Of a DNA stretch of 64,000 nt, positions 8,669 through 17,154 are shown in pieces. The stretch lies in the IMG/VR virus record IMGVR_UViG_3300027792_000011. One strand, given 5' to 3'. Both the position numbers and the translations under genes were made by a program. The notes below the pieces were generated by a model. The model was given only the letters and a program-made list of their open reading frames with translations. It did not search any database and was not told the origin of the DNA. Every line of letters begins with the position of its first letter. Position 1 is the first letter of the stretch. The DNA is from a virus.

Positions 8669-8938
8669 ATGACTACACTCAGTGAAATGATAGATCGCCT
8701 CAATACGCTTCGAGCTAAGATTCACCTGATAGAGTCATTGAAGAGCATGATCAGTGACGAAACCTTCGAGAAGGAAACGAGGGCTTCAGGTGAGGCGATA
8801 GACGATCTGCTTATCGATGTTGATAGTGCTCTTCTAGCGCCAGTGCTCGAAGAGATCGAAATGTTGGAAGGTATGGAGATCCAGAATGGGAAAGTCGAAA
8901 AAGAATCCCCCAAGAAAAGGAAACGTAAGAGTGGCTGA
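8669..8938 (+). CDS. Hypothetical protein
   Basis: Operon packing. Confidence 0.6.
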   Translation: MTTLSEMIDRLNTLRAKIHLIESLKSMISDETFEKETRASGEAIDDLLIDVDSALLAPVLEEIEMLEGMEIQNGKVEKESPKKRKRKSG

Positions 8939-9386
8939 TGTTACCAAGCGTATTGTTGATGCAACTGCTATTCGAGTATCAGAAGCGCTTGCTCATATGG
9001 ACAAGAAGCTGATCGGATTCGTACAAGCATTCCAGCAGAACCTGAACCAGCTCTACATGAATCAGAAGTCCATCGGCGACATGAGCTACACGAACAACGT
9101 CCATGCTGCTGTTCTACGCGAAGTGATGTACGATAAGGGTCTGCTCACGAAGGAAGAATATGAAGCTGGAATCGAGAAGGAACTGGCCGTTCGGGAAGCG
9201 ATCCAAAAGAAGCAGGCAGAGGAGGCTGAACAGCTTGCTGAGGAGCTAAGAAAGAAGCAGGCGGAAGAAGCTGCTGCACGAATTGCAGCAGAAGCACCTG
9301 CTCCTTCAGAGGAAGTGTTCGATCCACAAGTATTCGGTGGGGATTTCAAGGAGGAAGCTATTGGGCAAGCTGTACAAGGAGAATAG
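8886..9386 (+). CDS. Coiled-coil hypothetical protein
   Basis: E/K/A-rich helical C-terminus. Confidence 0.65.
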   Translation: MGKSKKNPPRKGNVRVADVTKRIVDATAIRVSEALAHMDKKLIGFVQAFQQNLNQLYMNQKSIGDMSYTNNVHAAVLREVMYDKGLLTKEEYEAGIEKELAVREAIQKKQAEEAEQLAEELRKKQAEEAAARIAAEAPAPSEEVFDPQVFGGDFKEEAIGQAVQGE

Positions 9387-9510
9387 GGACACGTCGAAGA
9401 TCGTATGTCCTCACTGCAAGAGCGAGATGGCCACCAAGAAAGTGGTGAACGGTGTTTCCGTTCTCTTCTGCATGAAGTGCAGGACGCAGTTCAAGACAAC
9501 TCCGATCTAG
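9361..9510 (+). CDS. Small zinc-ribbon protein
   Basis: AAGGAGG RBS before TTG; CPHC...CMKC. Confidence 0.6.
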   Translation: MGKLYKENRDTSKIVCPHCKSEMATKKVVNGVSVLFCMKCRTQFKTTPI

Positions 9511-10856
9511 GAAAGTCTCGCATCGAATGCCTCGTTAGAGGACTTGTCAGGATGCCACTCAAGAAAGATCGGATGCTGGAGGGCGTTGGTATCATCTCCT
9601 TCGGCTATGAAGGTGCGAGACTCGTACTTGATCCTAGCAACTCCAGCAATGCCACGATTGTTGGCCGCTCTACGAAGGACGTACCTACGTTGATCTTCGG
9701 TGAACCCGGATCCACAATTGCAGATGTAGTGCATTGCTCCTTCGGGTCCGAATTGGTAGAGAGCCACAACACCCGGAAGATCCTTCAACCTACCTTTTCC
9801 GTAGCGACCACCGGGCTTGCCGCCGCTCCAGGTCATATCGGGATCAAACACTACGATGAAGTCTCCTTCCAGGATTGGTTTCCATTTCCAAGCTTCAGGT
9901 CGATCTTCACGTCCTCGAAAGTTGACGACAGCATCCCCGAAGATGGCCTCAGCGTCGTAGATCACCAGACCCTCGAGGCTCTCATCGCGAACAGTGATCA
10001 TCAGTTCATCGAGAGGATTGTCGGAGGATACTGTAGTGAGTGTTTCCATGACCTGAAGGTATTGGAACTTCCTGCTACCGATCTTCCTGTACATGAAGTC
10101 GATCCATTCTCCTACTGGAAGCTCTGCCATGATCTGCTTTCCAGCCCAGTAAGGAATTCCAAGAACGATAGCTGTTGGTCTGCGGAATGGGTCGTCTTGG
10201 AGAAGAACAGCTCTCTCTGGAAGACTCCTATCGAGAGTCTGCATCAGTCTCCTGTTGTCCATTCCGTTCTCCACGACGACAAGCTCTGTGAGAAGAATGG
10301 TCTTGGGCGGAAACTTGGCATTCGCGATCTCACGAGCGAGGTATGGATAGTTTGCCGTGCAAAGATCCATTCTCCTCGTGAAGATATGAACGTGATCGTC
10401 GTCGATGAAGATGGGATGCATCATCCCGTCTCTTTTGATCGTGAAGATAGCCCTATCAGAATCGATAACCTCTTGCAGGCGGGCCATCTCCTTGCTTCCT
10501 TCTTCCGGCTGGTGACGACACTTCATGAATCGAAGATTCTTGGCGGGGTTGGAGAAGTTGATCTCGTCATCCCTAGTGGATCTCAGAACCTCTCCAGTAT
10601 TGGGGTCGACTTCTTGGTAGCCGAGTCGTTCGATCTTGTCCCTGATGTGACGATCGGCAACGAGTATAGCCTGCGTCTTGGCGTCCTTGTACCCCTTCGT
10701 TCCAAACTTGCCGACAGGTCCGGGTCGATCATGAGTCTGCTTCATCTTCCCTCCGGCGATGCCGGATTCCATGAAAACTACCTCACCGTCGACACCGATC
10801 CTCCATTCGAGCGGGTTGATCTTACCACTTTGCCTGAACACTCTCACTTCAATCAC
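9507..10856 (-). CDS. lig: ATP-dependent DNA ligase with N-terminal WGR-like domain
   Basis: Motif I IKRDG, III TEL, IV EGLVI, V WKWKP, OB-fold CGSGFT; AGGAGG RBS. Confidence 0.88.
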   Translation of the reverse strand: MIEVRVFRQSGKINPLEWRIGVDGEVVFMESGIAGGKMKQTHDRPGPVGKFGTKGYKDAKTQAILVADRHIRDKIERLGYQEVDPNTGEVLRSTRDDEINFSNPAKNLRFMKCRHQPEEGSKEMARLQEVIDSDRAIFTIKRDGMMHPIFIDDDHVHIFTRRMDLCTANYPYLAREIANAKFPPKTILLTELVVVENGMDNRRLMQTLDRSLPERAVLLQDDPFRRPTAIVLGIPYWAGKQIMAELPVGEWIDFMYRKIGSRKFQYLQVMETLTTVSSDNPLDELMITVRDESLEGLVIYDAEAIFGDAVVNFRGREDRPEAWKWKPILEGDFIVVFDPDMTWSGGKPGGRYGKGRLKDLPGVVALYQFGPEGAMHYICNCGSGFTEDQRRYVLRRAANNRGIAGVARIKYESRTFIAEGDDTNALQHPIFLEWHPDKSSNEAFDARLS

Positions 10857-10882
10857 CTCCTAACATCCGCTAGACCGATGCT

Positions 10883-10891
10883 CTTATAACA
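10883..10891 (-). promoter_or_regulatory. YGKTATAAG promoter for the ligase gene
   Basis: TGTTATAAG ~27 nt upstream of the start. Confidence 0.6.
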
Positions 10892-10910
10892 GGTTTGAGG
10901 AGATCATAAG

Positions 10911-11129
10911 ATGAGCGAACCAAAGATCAAAGTGCTTGTTGAGAACGTAGATGGCCTGACCAGACGTCAGGTAGTAGACGAAGTAGTAGAGCGTGAGCTG
11001 AACGAGTTCAATAGTTGGTTTACCGAAACGTTCAGAGGTGCAGCGCCAATGGCTAGCTTCGAGAAAGCTATGGTGAAGAGCTACGTGATGTGGAAGATCA
11101 AAGATCAGATTGAGGCGATCAAGAGCTAA
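10911..11129 (+). CDS. Hypothetical protein
   Basis: GAGGAG RBS. Confidence 0.7.
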   Translation: MSEPKIKVLVENVDGLTRRQVVDEVVERELNEFNSWFTETFRGAAPMASFEKAMVKSYVMWKIKDQIEAIKS

Positions 11130-11194
11130 TAAATTCTGGGCGCAGCCCGCGTGTGCGTTGCGTCTTGACGTTTCAGCTGCCCGAGGTTCCTCAC
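11130..11194 (-). ncRNA. Candidate small structured RNA B
   Basis: Follows CGGTATAAG-N5-TGAGG; several short hairpins; no ORF. Confidence 0.35.
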
Positions 11195-11198
11195 AATA

Positions 11199-11207
11199 CT
11201 TATACCG
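11199..11207 (-). promoter_or_regulatory. YGKTATAAG promoter
   Basis: CGGTATAAG, intergenic. Confidence 0.55.
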
Positions 11208-11243
11208 ATCTAATGGAGAAACCTACGGAGGCTCTCCACGCGT

Positions 11244-11609
11244 TCATCGGGCCTTCCTTCGGGCTTTCGCCCTTTGCTCCCTCTTTTTCCTTCTTTCCTC
11301 CTCCTTCTTTCTTCTCTCGAGTTCCCCCTTGAGCGCCATGATGACGCTCGCGAGGGTCCCTTGTACGGCGGCATTCTTCTTGTTGGCGGTCTTCGCCGCC
11401 GCCTTGAACAGAGCGGCCATCTTCTTCTGCGCCTCTAGCGACTTCGATCGTTCTTCTTGTCGGGCGCTTCTCACCTGGTACTCGCTGTCTGCGTCACAGA
11501 CATCGAGCACCATCTCCAATGCCGCTCCCGCAGCTATGATCGGGCCGCCAAGCCCGTCAGCGGCGAACTGCCCCAGTGATTCGAGGCAGAAGTATAGTGG
11601 GTTTGCCAT
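11244..11609 (-). CDS. Hypothetical protein with basic coiled-coil C-terminus
   Basis: Own TATAAG promoter and GGAGG RBS. Confidence 0.65.
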   Translation of the reverse strand: MANPLYFCLESLGQFAADGLGGPIIAAGAALEMVLDVCDADSEYQVRSARQEERSKSLEAQKKMAALFKAAAKTANKKNAAVQGTLASVIMALKGELERRKKEEERRKKREQRAKARRKAR

Positions 11610-11633
11610 CTATACTTCCTCCTTTCTATTGAT

Positions 11634-11643
11634 CTTATATACA
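11634..11643 (-). promoter_or_regulatory. TATAAG promoter variant
   Basis: TGTATATAAG upstream of 11609. Confidence 0.5.
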
Positions 11644-11708
11644 TGATGAGACAGCAATTTCTGCTCTAATGTGGTAACTTCACGTAAGAAGAGCGGAGAG
11701 TAGTCCCC

Positions 11709-14700
11709 ATGATGAGTTCGCAGCAGATCGCAGCGATGGCATCGCAGCAACAAGCGATGTTTGGAAACTTCCAATCGTATGCAGCGCAGATCACTCCTGC
11801 TTATGGAGCTGGTCCTGGAATGGGGGCTTTGAGACCTCCTGTCATGGGCGGCTATCACACTGGATCCCCACCAATGATGCCCCCACCCCCACCTCCAATG
11901 CCCGGTCTCAACATGGGTTACGGGGGCGGAATGATGCAGATGGCCACAATGATGCCGTATGCGTCTCCGCAGATGGGAATGCAGCAGGTGATGGGGGAGC
12001 AACTTGCCGGATCTTTTACGGGCGGATTATCCACTGTGGGGTCGGGTCTCGCTCGTATTGGCGGATACGGTGCTCTCGGAGCTGCTGGCCTGAGCATGCT
12101 CGGTATGGGCGGAATGGGTATGGCAGCTCTTGGCGGCCTACCTGGAATGGCAGTTGTGGGCGGCCTAGAAGCAGGGGCCTACGGCCTCAGTCAGATGCAT
12201 GCCGGCTTCCAAGAACGACAGAATGTGAACAGAGTTCTTCGCCAACGCTTTGGCGGAATGATGGGGATCGGCGGTGGTCGTGGTGGGATGGGGTTCAATA
12301 CCCAGGAGATGGGTCAAGTTTCTTCGATGGTTCGTGGCATGGCAGATCAAGACATGTACACGAGCTTTGATGAGCTGACGCGGTTGATGGATCGTACAGC
12401 GCAGATGGGGTTGTACAGAGGAGTACAAGGAGCGCGGCAGTTCCAGACCAGGTTCAAGGAGACAGTTGCTTCGCTGACAGAGATCGCGAAGACAATGCAT
12501 ACCTCCCTCGAAGGCGCCACTCAGTTCTTCGAGCAGGCCAGAGGACAGGGCTTCTTCTCTGGAAGAGACATCACAGCGACGTTGACGCAGACCAGGATGG
12601 CTGCAGGAGCCTCTGGTATGTCCATGGATCAGATGATGTCTATCAGAAACCAGGGTACCCAGATGGGACGCATGATGGGTATGCGTGGCCGAACTGGAGC
12701 TGGAGCCATGATGCAGATGGCTACCAACATCGGGGTTGGTATGCAGACCGGTGCCATCAGCGATGAATTGATCTCAGAGGCTACTGGCGGATTGATGGGT
12801 GCCGAAGGCGCGCAAGCTGCTGCCGGTATGATGATGCAGTCAAACGCTAGATGGCTACGAAGAGGTGCCGGCCGTGTGATGTTGGCAGGACTTTGGGATC
12901 CAGCAACGGGTGGAATCAACAGAGAACGTCTAGCTCAGGTAATGTCCGGGGGAATGAGCTTCCAGGACGTTCGAGCTATGGGTCGTGCGAACATATCCGG
13001 AACTGGTGGTAGGAGATCAGAGTTCTTTGCTAACGAAGAGCGACTTGGAGGTATGCTTCAGGAAGCGGGAGGTGGGGCGATTCAATTTGGAATGCTAGAG
13101 GAGCATATCAGAGCTCGTCGTGGAGTTACCTCAGACGATCCTATCGGTGAGCGATTCATTCGTAGACAGACTGGCTGGTCTCAAGCCGAGTTCGAGCTTC
13201 AGCGTGCAGCGTACAGAAACCTTCCCAGGATCCTCGAAGATAGATCTATGAGAGAGGCGCAGCAGAATGAAACAGCTATGCGTACTCGATCCATGGAGGG
13301 GAGGGGTGTTGCTGGAGCGCAGAGGCGTATACAGCATTGGTGGCAGACAGAGGTTACAAGTCCGATCAGGCAGATGGGTGATGACCTTGTAACTTCGTTC
13401 ACAACGAAGGTTGATGAGATCTTCAATCAGATGGAAGGAAACGTGAAGCTCACTATTTCTGAGCGTACTCAGGGTCTATTGACTGAGTATGCTAGAACAG
13501 GTGAACTCGGCAAAGATCTTATGTCCTTCAAGCGCTATCAGGAACTTAGTCGGAAGCTAAGAACTACTAGTGATGAGGGTGGGTTTTGGGGAGGTGTTGG
13601 TCGGTCATTGGGTATGCGTCCTGGAACAATTGATGAGAGATTCAACGACATTGGAGGGTATCTATATAGTCGAGCCGGTAAGGGTCTAGACATTGGCGCC
13701 AAACTAACACAGAAACAGAAGGAAGATTTCATCAATAAGTATTACGAAGAATCGAACATGAGCGCATCTGAACTTGGATTTACTAGCGATCAAATACAGA
13801 AGCTTAGTGGGCGTGCAAGTCAGATACTGACGTCTAAGATCGGAACAGGAGCCAGACTTCAGGAGTTCCGAGAACAACTTAGTAGATTTCCTCTTATGTC
13901 AGGTGAGGAGAAAGATCTTTTCTTCCAGACCAGACTTGATATGTACCAAAGCGGCGACCAAGATATCAAAAAGTTCTTCGCTAAGTTGAGTGGTAGTAGG
14001 GCGAAACAGTATGCTGGACTAGCTCAACTAGAACGTGGATTTGGTAAGGGCATTGAGATGCCCGTTGATGCGATGGGGGGTGTCAAATCCTATGAGACAC
14101 TACGAACACAACTAAAGAGCGCAGCTGATAACGAAAAGTCTGTAATGAATCGACTAGCTGCTAAGCTTTTGGGTGGTGGATACGGTACTGAGTGGGCTTA
14201 TCAAACTACAACTGAAAGGAAAGAGGGTACTGGGTGGTGGGGTACTAGTTTCATGGGAGAGTCTAAAGAGATAACGAAAAAGATTGCAGGAAAAAAGCTA
14301 CTCGATGAAATAAGAATGCGAGAAAATACGGGATTTATGGACCAGGATTCTAGCCTCGAAAGTAAAAGTAGCGCCCTAAGAAGATATGCCGTATCAATTA
14401 CAGGTTTGATGTCCGATGAGGGTACAAGAGATCTACTTATAAGAGCATCGAGGCCTGGCGGTGATCCTGCGGCACTAAAAAGGCTGCAGGAACTATCGAG
14501 GATGGACGAAAAACAGGCAAAAGATTTTGGTGTCAGCGATGTCGAGGCACTAGGCAAGCTCACTCAGAGAATCGCCAATGACGATACAAAGGTCAAGAAC
14601 GATATATCAAGTCTAGCCGAGTCCTCAAATCTACGAGATATGATAGCCGTATCTCAGCGAGTAAAAGAATCAGGTGCGGCTCTGGATAAGTCGCTGCGGA

Positions 14701-15524
14701 ACAACAGAGCTATTGTAGAGGCTGCGGACAAAGTATCACCAGAGACAATGAAATCGCTACAAGCTATCGCGGCTGCTGAATCTTCTGGTAACTGGGAAGC
14801 TGCTAATGAGCTTCGTAGTAAGTTCTATTCTGACTACATTGGAAAGCCTGGATCCGAATACCTAGCTGCAGCTCTACGGGCAGATCCTACTGGTGGATCT
14901 GTCAATTTGGGTGTTGGTATGCAGCGAGCTCTTCGTATACAAGGTGAGCTTACCGGGAAAAGGGGTACTGAGCTGGGTATTAGGGAGATGCTTAGCTCTG
15001 TTGGTCTAGACGAGAAGGCGTTTGGTGGTAAGGAGTTTGAGGCACTAGGTCGTAATCAGAAGCAGCGTATGAAAAAGCTGACTGGTATGATCACCAGTAA
15101 AGAGGGGATAACATCAGAACAGTTGACGACCTATCTTGGTGGAACAGCGGGAGACAAAAGTGCGATTGATGCGATTGCCGGTATGGGTGCTGGTACATTC
15201 AAAGATAGAACATCATCCTGGCTAGAAAGCGGAAAAGACGGCTGGGATGCTAAAGAAGCCGCAGCATTGGCAGTAAGCTCAGGTGCAGAGGAGGCCCAAC
15301 AGGGATCAATGGGGGGTACGCAAACTAGAAGTAGCCTTGCTGAAAAGCAATACGATATTCTCAAGAAGATGTTCGACTTTCAAGTAGTTCAATCGACGAA
15401 GGACGCTGGACTGATCAAGGAACAGACTGATAATCTCATAGCTGCCATGGGATTGCAGTCGAAGACTACGGCCCCTGCTGGTGAGGGAACCTCTGAACAA
15501 ATTCCAGGAGATTATGCGGGGTAG
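11709..15524 (+). CDS. Probable tail tape measure protein
   Basis: 1271 aa, Gly/Met/Ala-rich and helical; precedes hub/baseplate genes. Confidence 0.7.
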   Translation: MMSSQQIAAMASQQQAMFGNFQSYAAQITPAYGAGPGMGALRPPVMGGYHTGSPPMMPPPPPPMPGLNMGYGGGMMQMATMMPYASPQMGMQQVMGEQLAGSFTGGLSTVGSGLARIGGYGALGAAGLSMLGMGGMGMAALGGLPGMAVVGGLEAGAYGLSQMHAGFQERQNVNRVLRQRFGGMMGIGGGRGGMGFNTQEMGQVSSMVRGMADQDMYTSFDELTRLMDRTAQMGLYRGVQGARQFQTRFKETVASLTEIAKTMHTSLEGATQFFEQARGQGFFSGRDITATLTQTRMAAGASGMSMDQMMSIRNQGTQMGRMMGMRGRTGAGAMMQMATNIGVGMQTGAISDELISEATGGLMGAEGAQAAAGMMMQSNARWLRRGAGRVMLAGLWDPATGGINRERLAQVMSGGMSFQDVRAMGRANISGTGGRRSEFFANEERLGGMLQEAGGGAIQFGMLEEHIRARRGVTSDDPIGERFIRRQTGWSQAEFELQRAAYRNLPRILEDRSMREAQQNETAMRTRSMEGRGVAGAQRRIQHWWQTEVTSPIRQMGDDLVTSFTTKVDEIFNQMEGNVKLTISERTQGLLTEYARTGELGKDLMSFKRYQELSRKLRTTSDEGGFWGGVGRSLGMRPGTIDERFNDIGGYLYSRAGKGLDIGAKLTQKQKEDFINKYYEESNMSASELGFTSDQIQKLSGRASQILTSKIGTGARLQEFREQLSRFPLMSGEEKDLFFQTRLDMYQSGDQDIKKFFAKLSGSRAKQYAGLAQLERGFGKGIEMPVDAMGGVKSYETLRTQLKSAADNEKSVMNRLAAKLLGGGYGTEWAYQTTTERKEGTGWWGTSFMGESKEITKKIAGKKLLDEIRMRENTGFMDQDSSLESKSSALRRYAVSITGLMSDEGTRDLLIRASRPGGDPAALKRLQELSRMDEKQAKDFGVSDVEALGKLTQRIANDDTKVKNDISSLAESSNLRDMIAVSQRVKESGAALDKSLRNNRAIVEAADKVSPETMKSLQAIAAAESSGNWEAANELRSKFYSDYIGKPGSEYLAAALRADPTGGSVNLGVGMQRALRIQGELTGKRGTELGIREMLSSVGLDEKAFGGKEFEALGRNQKQRMKKLTGMITSKEGITSEQLTTYLGGTAGDKSAIDAIAGMGAGTFKDRTSSWLESGKDGWDAKEAAALAVSSGAEEAQQGSMGGTQTRSSLAEKQYDILKKMFDFQVVQSTKDAGLIKEQTDNLIAAMGLQSKTTAPAGEGTSEQIPGDYAG

Positions 15525-15527
15525 ATC

Positions 15528-15815
15528 ATGACGGTATACGGCGAATTTGGTTGGACTGCTTCTCCGACCGTTCAATCAATGGACGGTCCTGATTCTGACT
15601 ACAGGCGCGAGAAGACCATCACGAAGATGGTGGGTGGTAAGAAGGTAACACTGATCTTACGCGACACCATTGTTCCAGAAGATCCGTACTTGAACATGGT
15701 GTGGGCGGCAGCCTTCGTCTACACGGAGAATAGCGGTCCTAGTAATAGATTTCCGGTCACTCCAACAACCAGATCGATCAAAGATGCTTTGATCAAAACG
15801 AATCTAGTGATCTAG
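15528..15815 (+). CDS. Hypothetical virion-associated protein
   Basis: Position in the tail operon. Confidence 0.6.
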   Translation: MTVYGEFGWTASPTVQSMDGPDSDYRREKTITKMVGGKKVTLILRDTIVPEDPYLNMVWAAAFVYTENSGPSNRFPVTPTTRSIKDALIKTNLVI

Positions 15816-15825
15816 GGGTACAACA

Positions 15826-17154
15826 ATGGCTGTGTTTATCGAGGCTAGGACCGAACCATTCGCTGCAAGGCGCGAAGAGATGGCTAGTGGTATCCGTGAT
15901 CACGGAAGATCACATCCATACGTGCGTAGACCAACGCGAGGGTATCAGCTCAAGGAAGATGTCTTTGCGGTGATCAGGATCATGGGACCGGATGGTCGGT
16001 TCATGCCAGTGATAGACGCTGCTGGTGAGGAGTATTCTGTCGAGACCAATAGTGGCATGACAACGTCCTACTCGAACTTCTTCATTCAGTCTGTCTCTGA
16101 GCAGCGACAGGAGAAGCAGCAGATCGTAGAGACGTTTGGTGATTCCTGGATCTTCTTCTTTGGTGAGGCGCCACGTCTTCTCCAAGTAGGCGGTTACCTT
16201 CTGAACACGGCCGACTTCAACTGGAGAGCAGAGTTCTGGGAGAACTATGAGCGGTACTTCAGAGGGACCAGACTTGTCGAGCTAGGGGCGCGTCTATACT
16301 TGATGTACGACGATATCATAGTTGAGGGGTACTTGATCAATGCCGCTGCACAGGAGTCCGCAGCACCAGCACCGGCAGTGCTCCAGTTCAACTTTCAGAT
16401 GTTTGTCACTGGTTACACTAACGTTTCTAGGATAGGTGATCCTAACTTTCCTGCTCCAACAAACTTGGACTACGCGCAGCTTTCTAGTTACGATCAGGCT
16501 ATTCAGAGTTGGCAGAGGAATAGGAACCTACAACGCAATATCGCCGGTGAGACCATCAACGCAGCTAACAGAAGAGCGTACCAGCTAGGAGTTGGCGCAC
16601 TGCTGGCGGACTCCCTTCGTGCGAACATGGTTGATGCCGGTGATCCATCCATCTCAGCGTTTGTTGCCAGAGCTTACATGGCGACCAGAGCCGTGGCCAC
16701 ACTGGCTCAGCTAGCTAGCAGTCCAGATTCAGTGACCAATGCATCTGTAAATCCTTACGAGGGAGTGAGCATGCAGGGGCCGATGCGTCAGCAGTTCACG
16801 CACAACATTGATGAGTACGTCAGCTCAGGAGAGGAGTCACGCTACGCCAATAGGCATTTTGCATATGAGCTGTCTATGGCTGAACGTTGGCAAGAGATGG
16901 ATAGTCAGATGGATGCCGGTCTAGATGGGATGACATCAGGCGGATCGGACGCCGGAGGATCAGAGTTCTGGGATGTGATGGGGCGTGCAGGTAGAACACA
17001 GCAGCAGATCATTGAGAGTGGTGGAGATAGACTCGTATCCCAGAACATCAACCGTGGTATGTTTATCGGCGCCGCTAGTCGCAGTGGTAACCAAGCGGCT
17101 CTAGCCAGATCAATACCGTTCGGGATGATGGTCATGCCAGGGGAGATGCTGTAG
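15826..17154 (+). CDS. Probable tail tube initiator / baseplate-tail junction protein
   Basis: Tube-fold-like pattern (FFIQSVSE...ETFG...FFGE.PR...FNFQMFV); position after the tape measure. Confidence 0.5.
   Translation: MAVFIEARTEPFAARREEMASGIRDHGRSHPYVRRPTRGYQLKEDVFAVIRIMGPDGRFMPVIDAAGEEYSVETNSGMTTSYSNFFIQSVSEQRQEKQQIVETFGDSWIFFFGEAPRLLQVGGYLLNTADFNWRAEFWENYERYFRGTRLVELGARLYLMYDDIIVEGYLINAAAQESAAPAPAVLQFNFQMFVTGYTNVSRIGDPNFPAPTNLDYAQLSSYDQAIQSWQRNRNLQRNIAGETINAANRRAYQLGVGALLADSLRANMVDAGDPSISAFVARAYMATRAVATLAQLASSPDSVTNASVNPYEGVSMQGPMRQQFTHNIDEYVSSGEESRYANRHFAYELSMAERWQEMDSQMDAGLDGMTSGGSDAGGSEFWDVMGRAGRTQQQIIESGGDRLVSQNINRGMFIGAASRSGNQAALARSIPFGMMVMPGEML

Noticed and set aside
9405-10889. 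494-aa plus-strand ORF
   Set aside because: Antisense shadow of the DNA ligase; no motifs or RBS
11140-11185. Hammerhead ribozyme in RNA B (CTGAAAC)
   Set aside because: The CUGANGA/GAAA core is not present in the required arrangement
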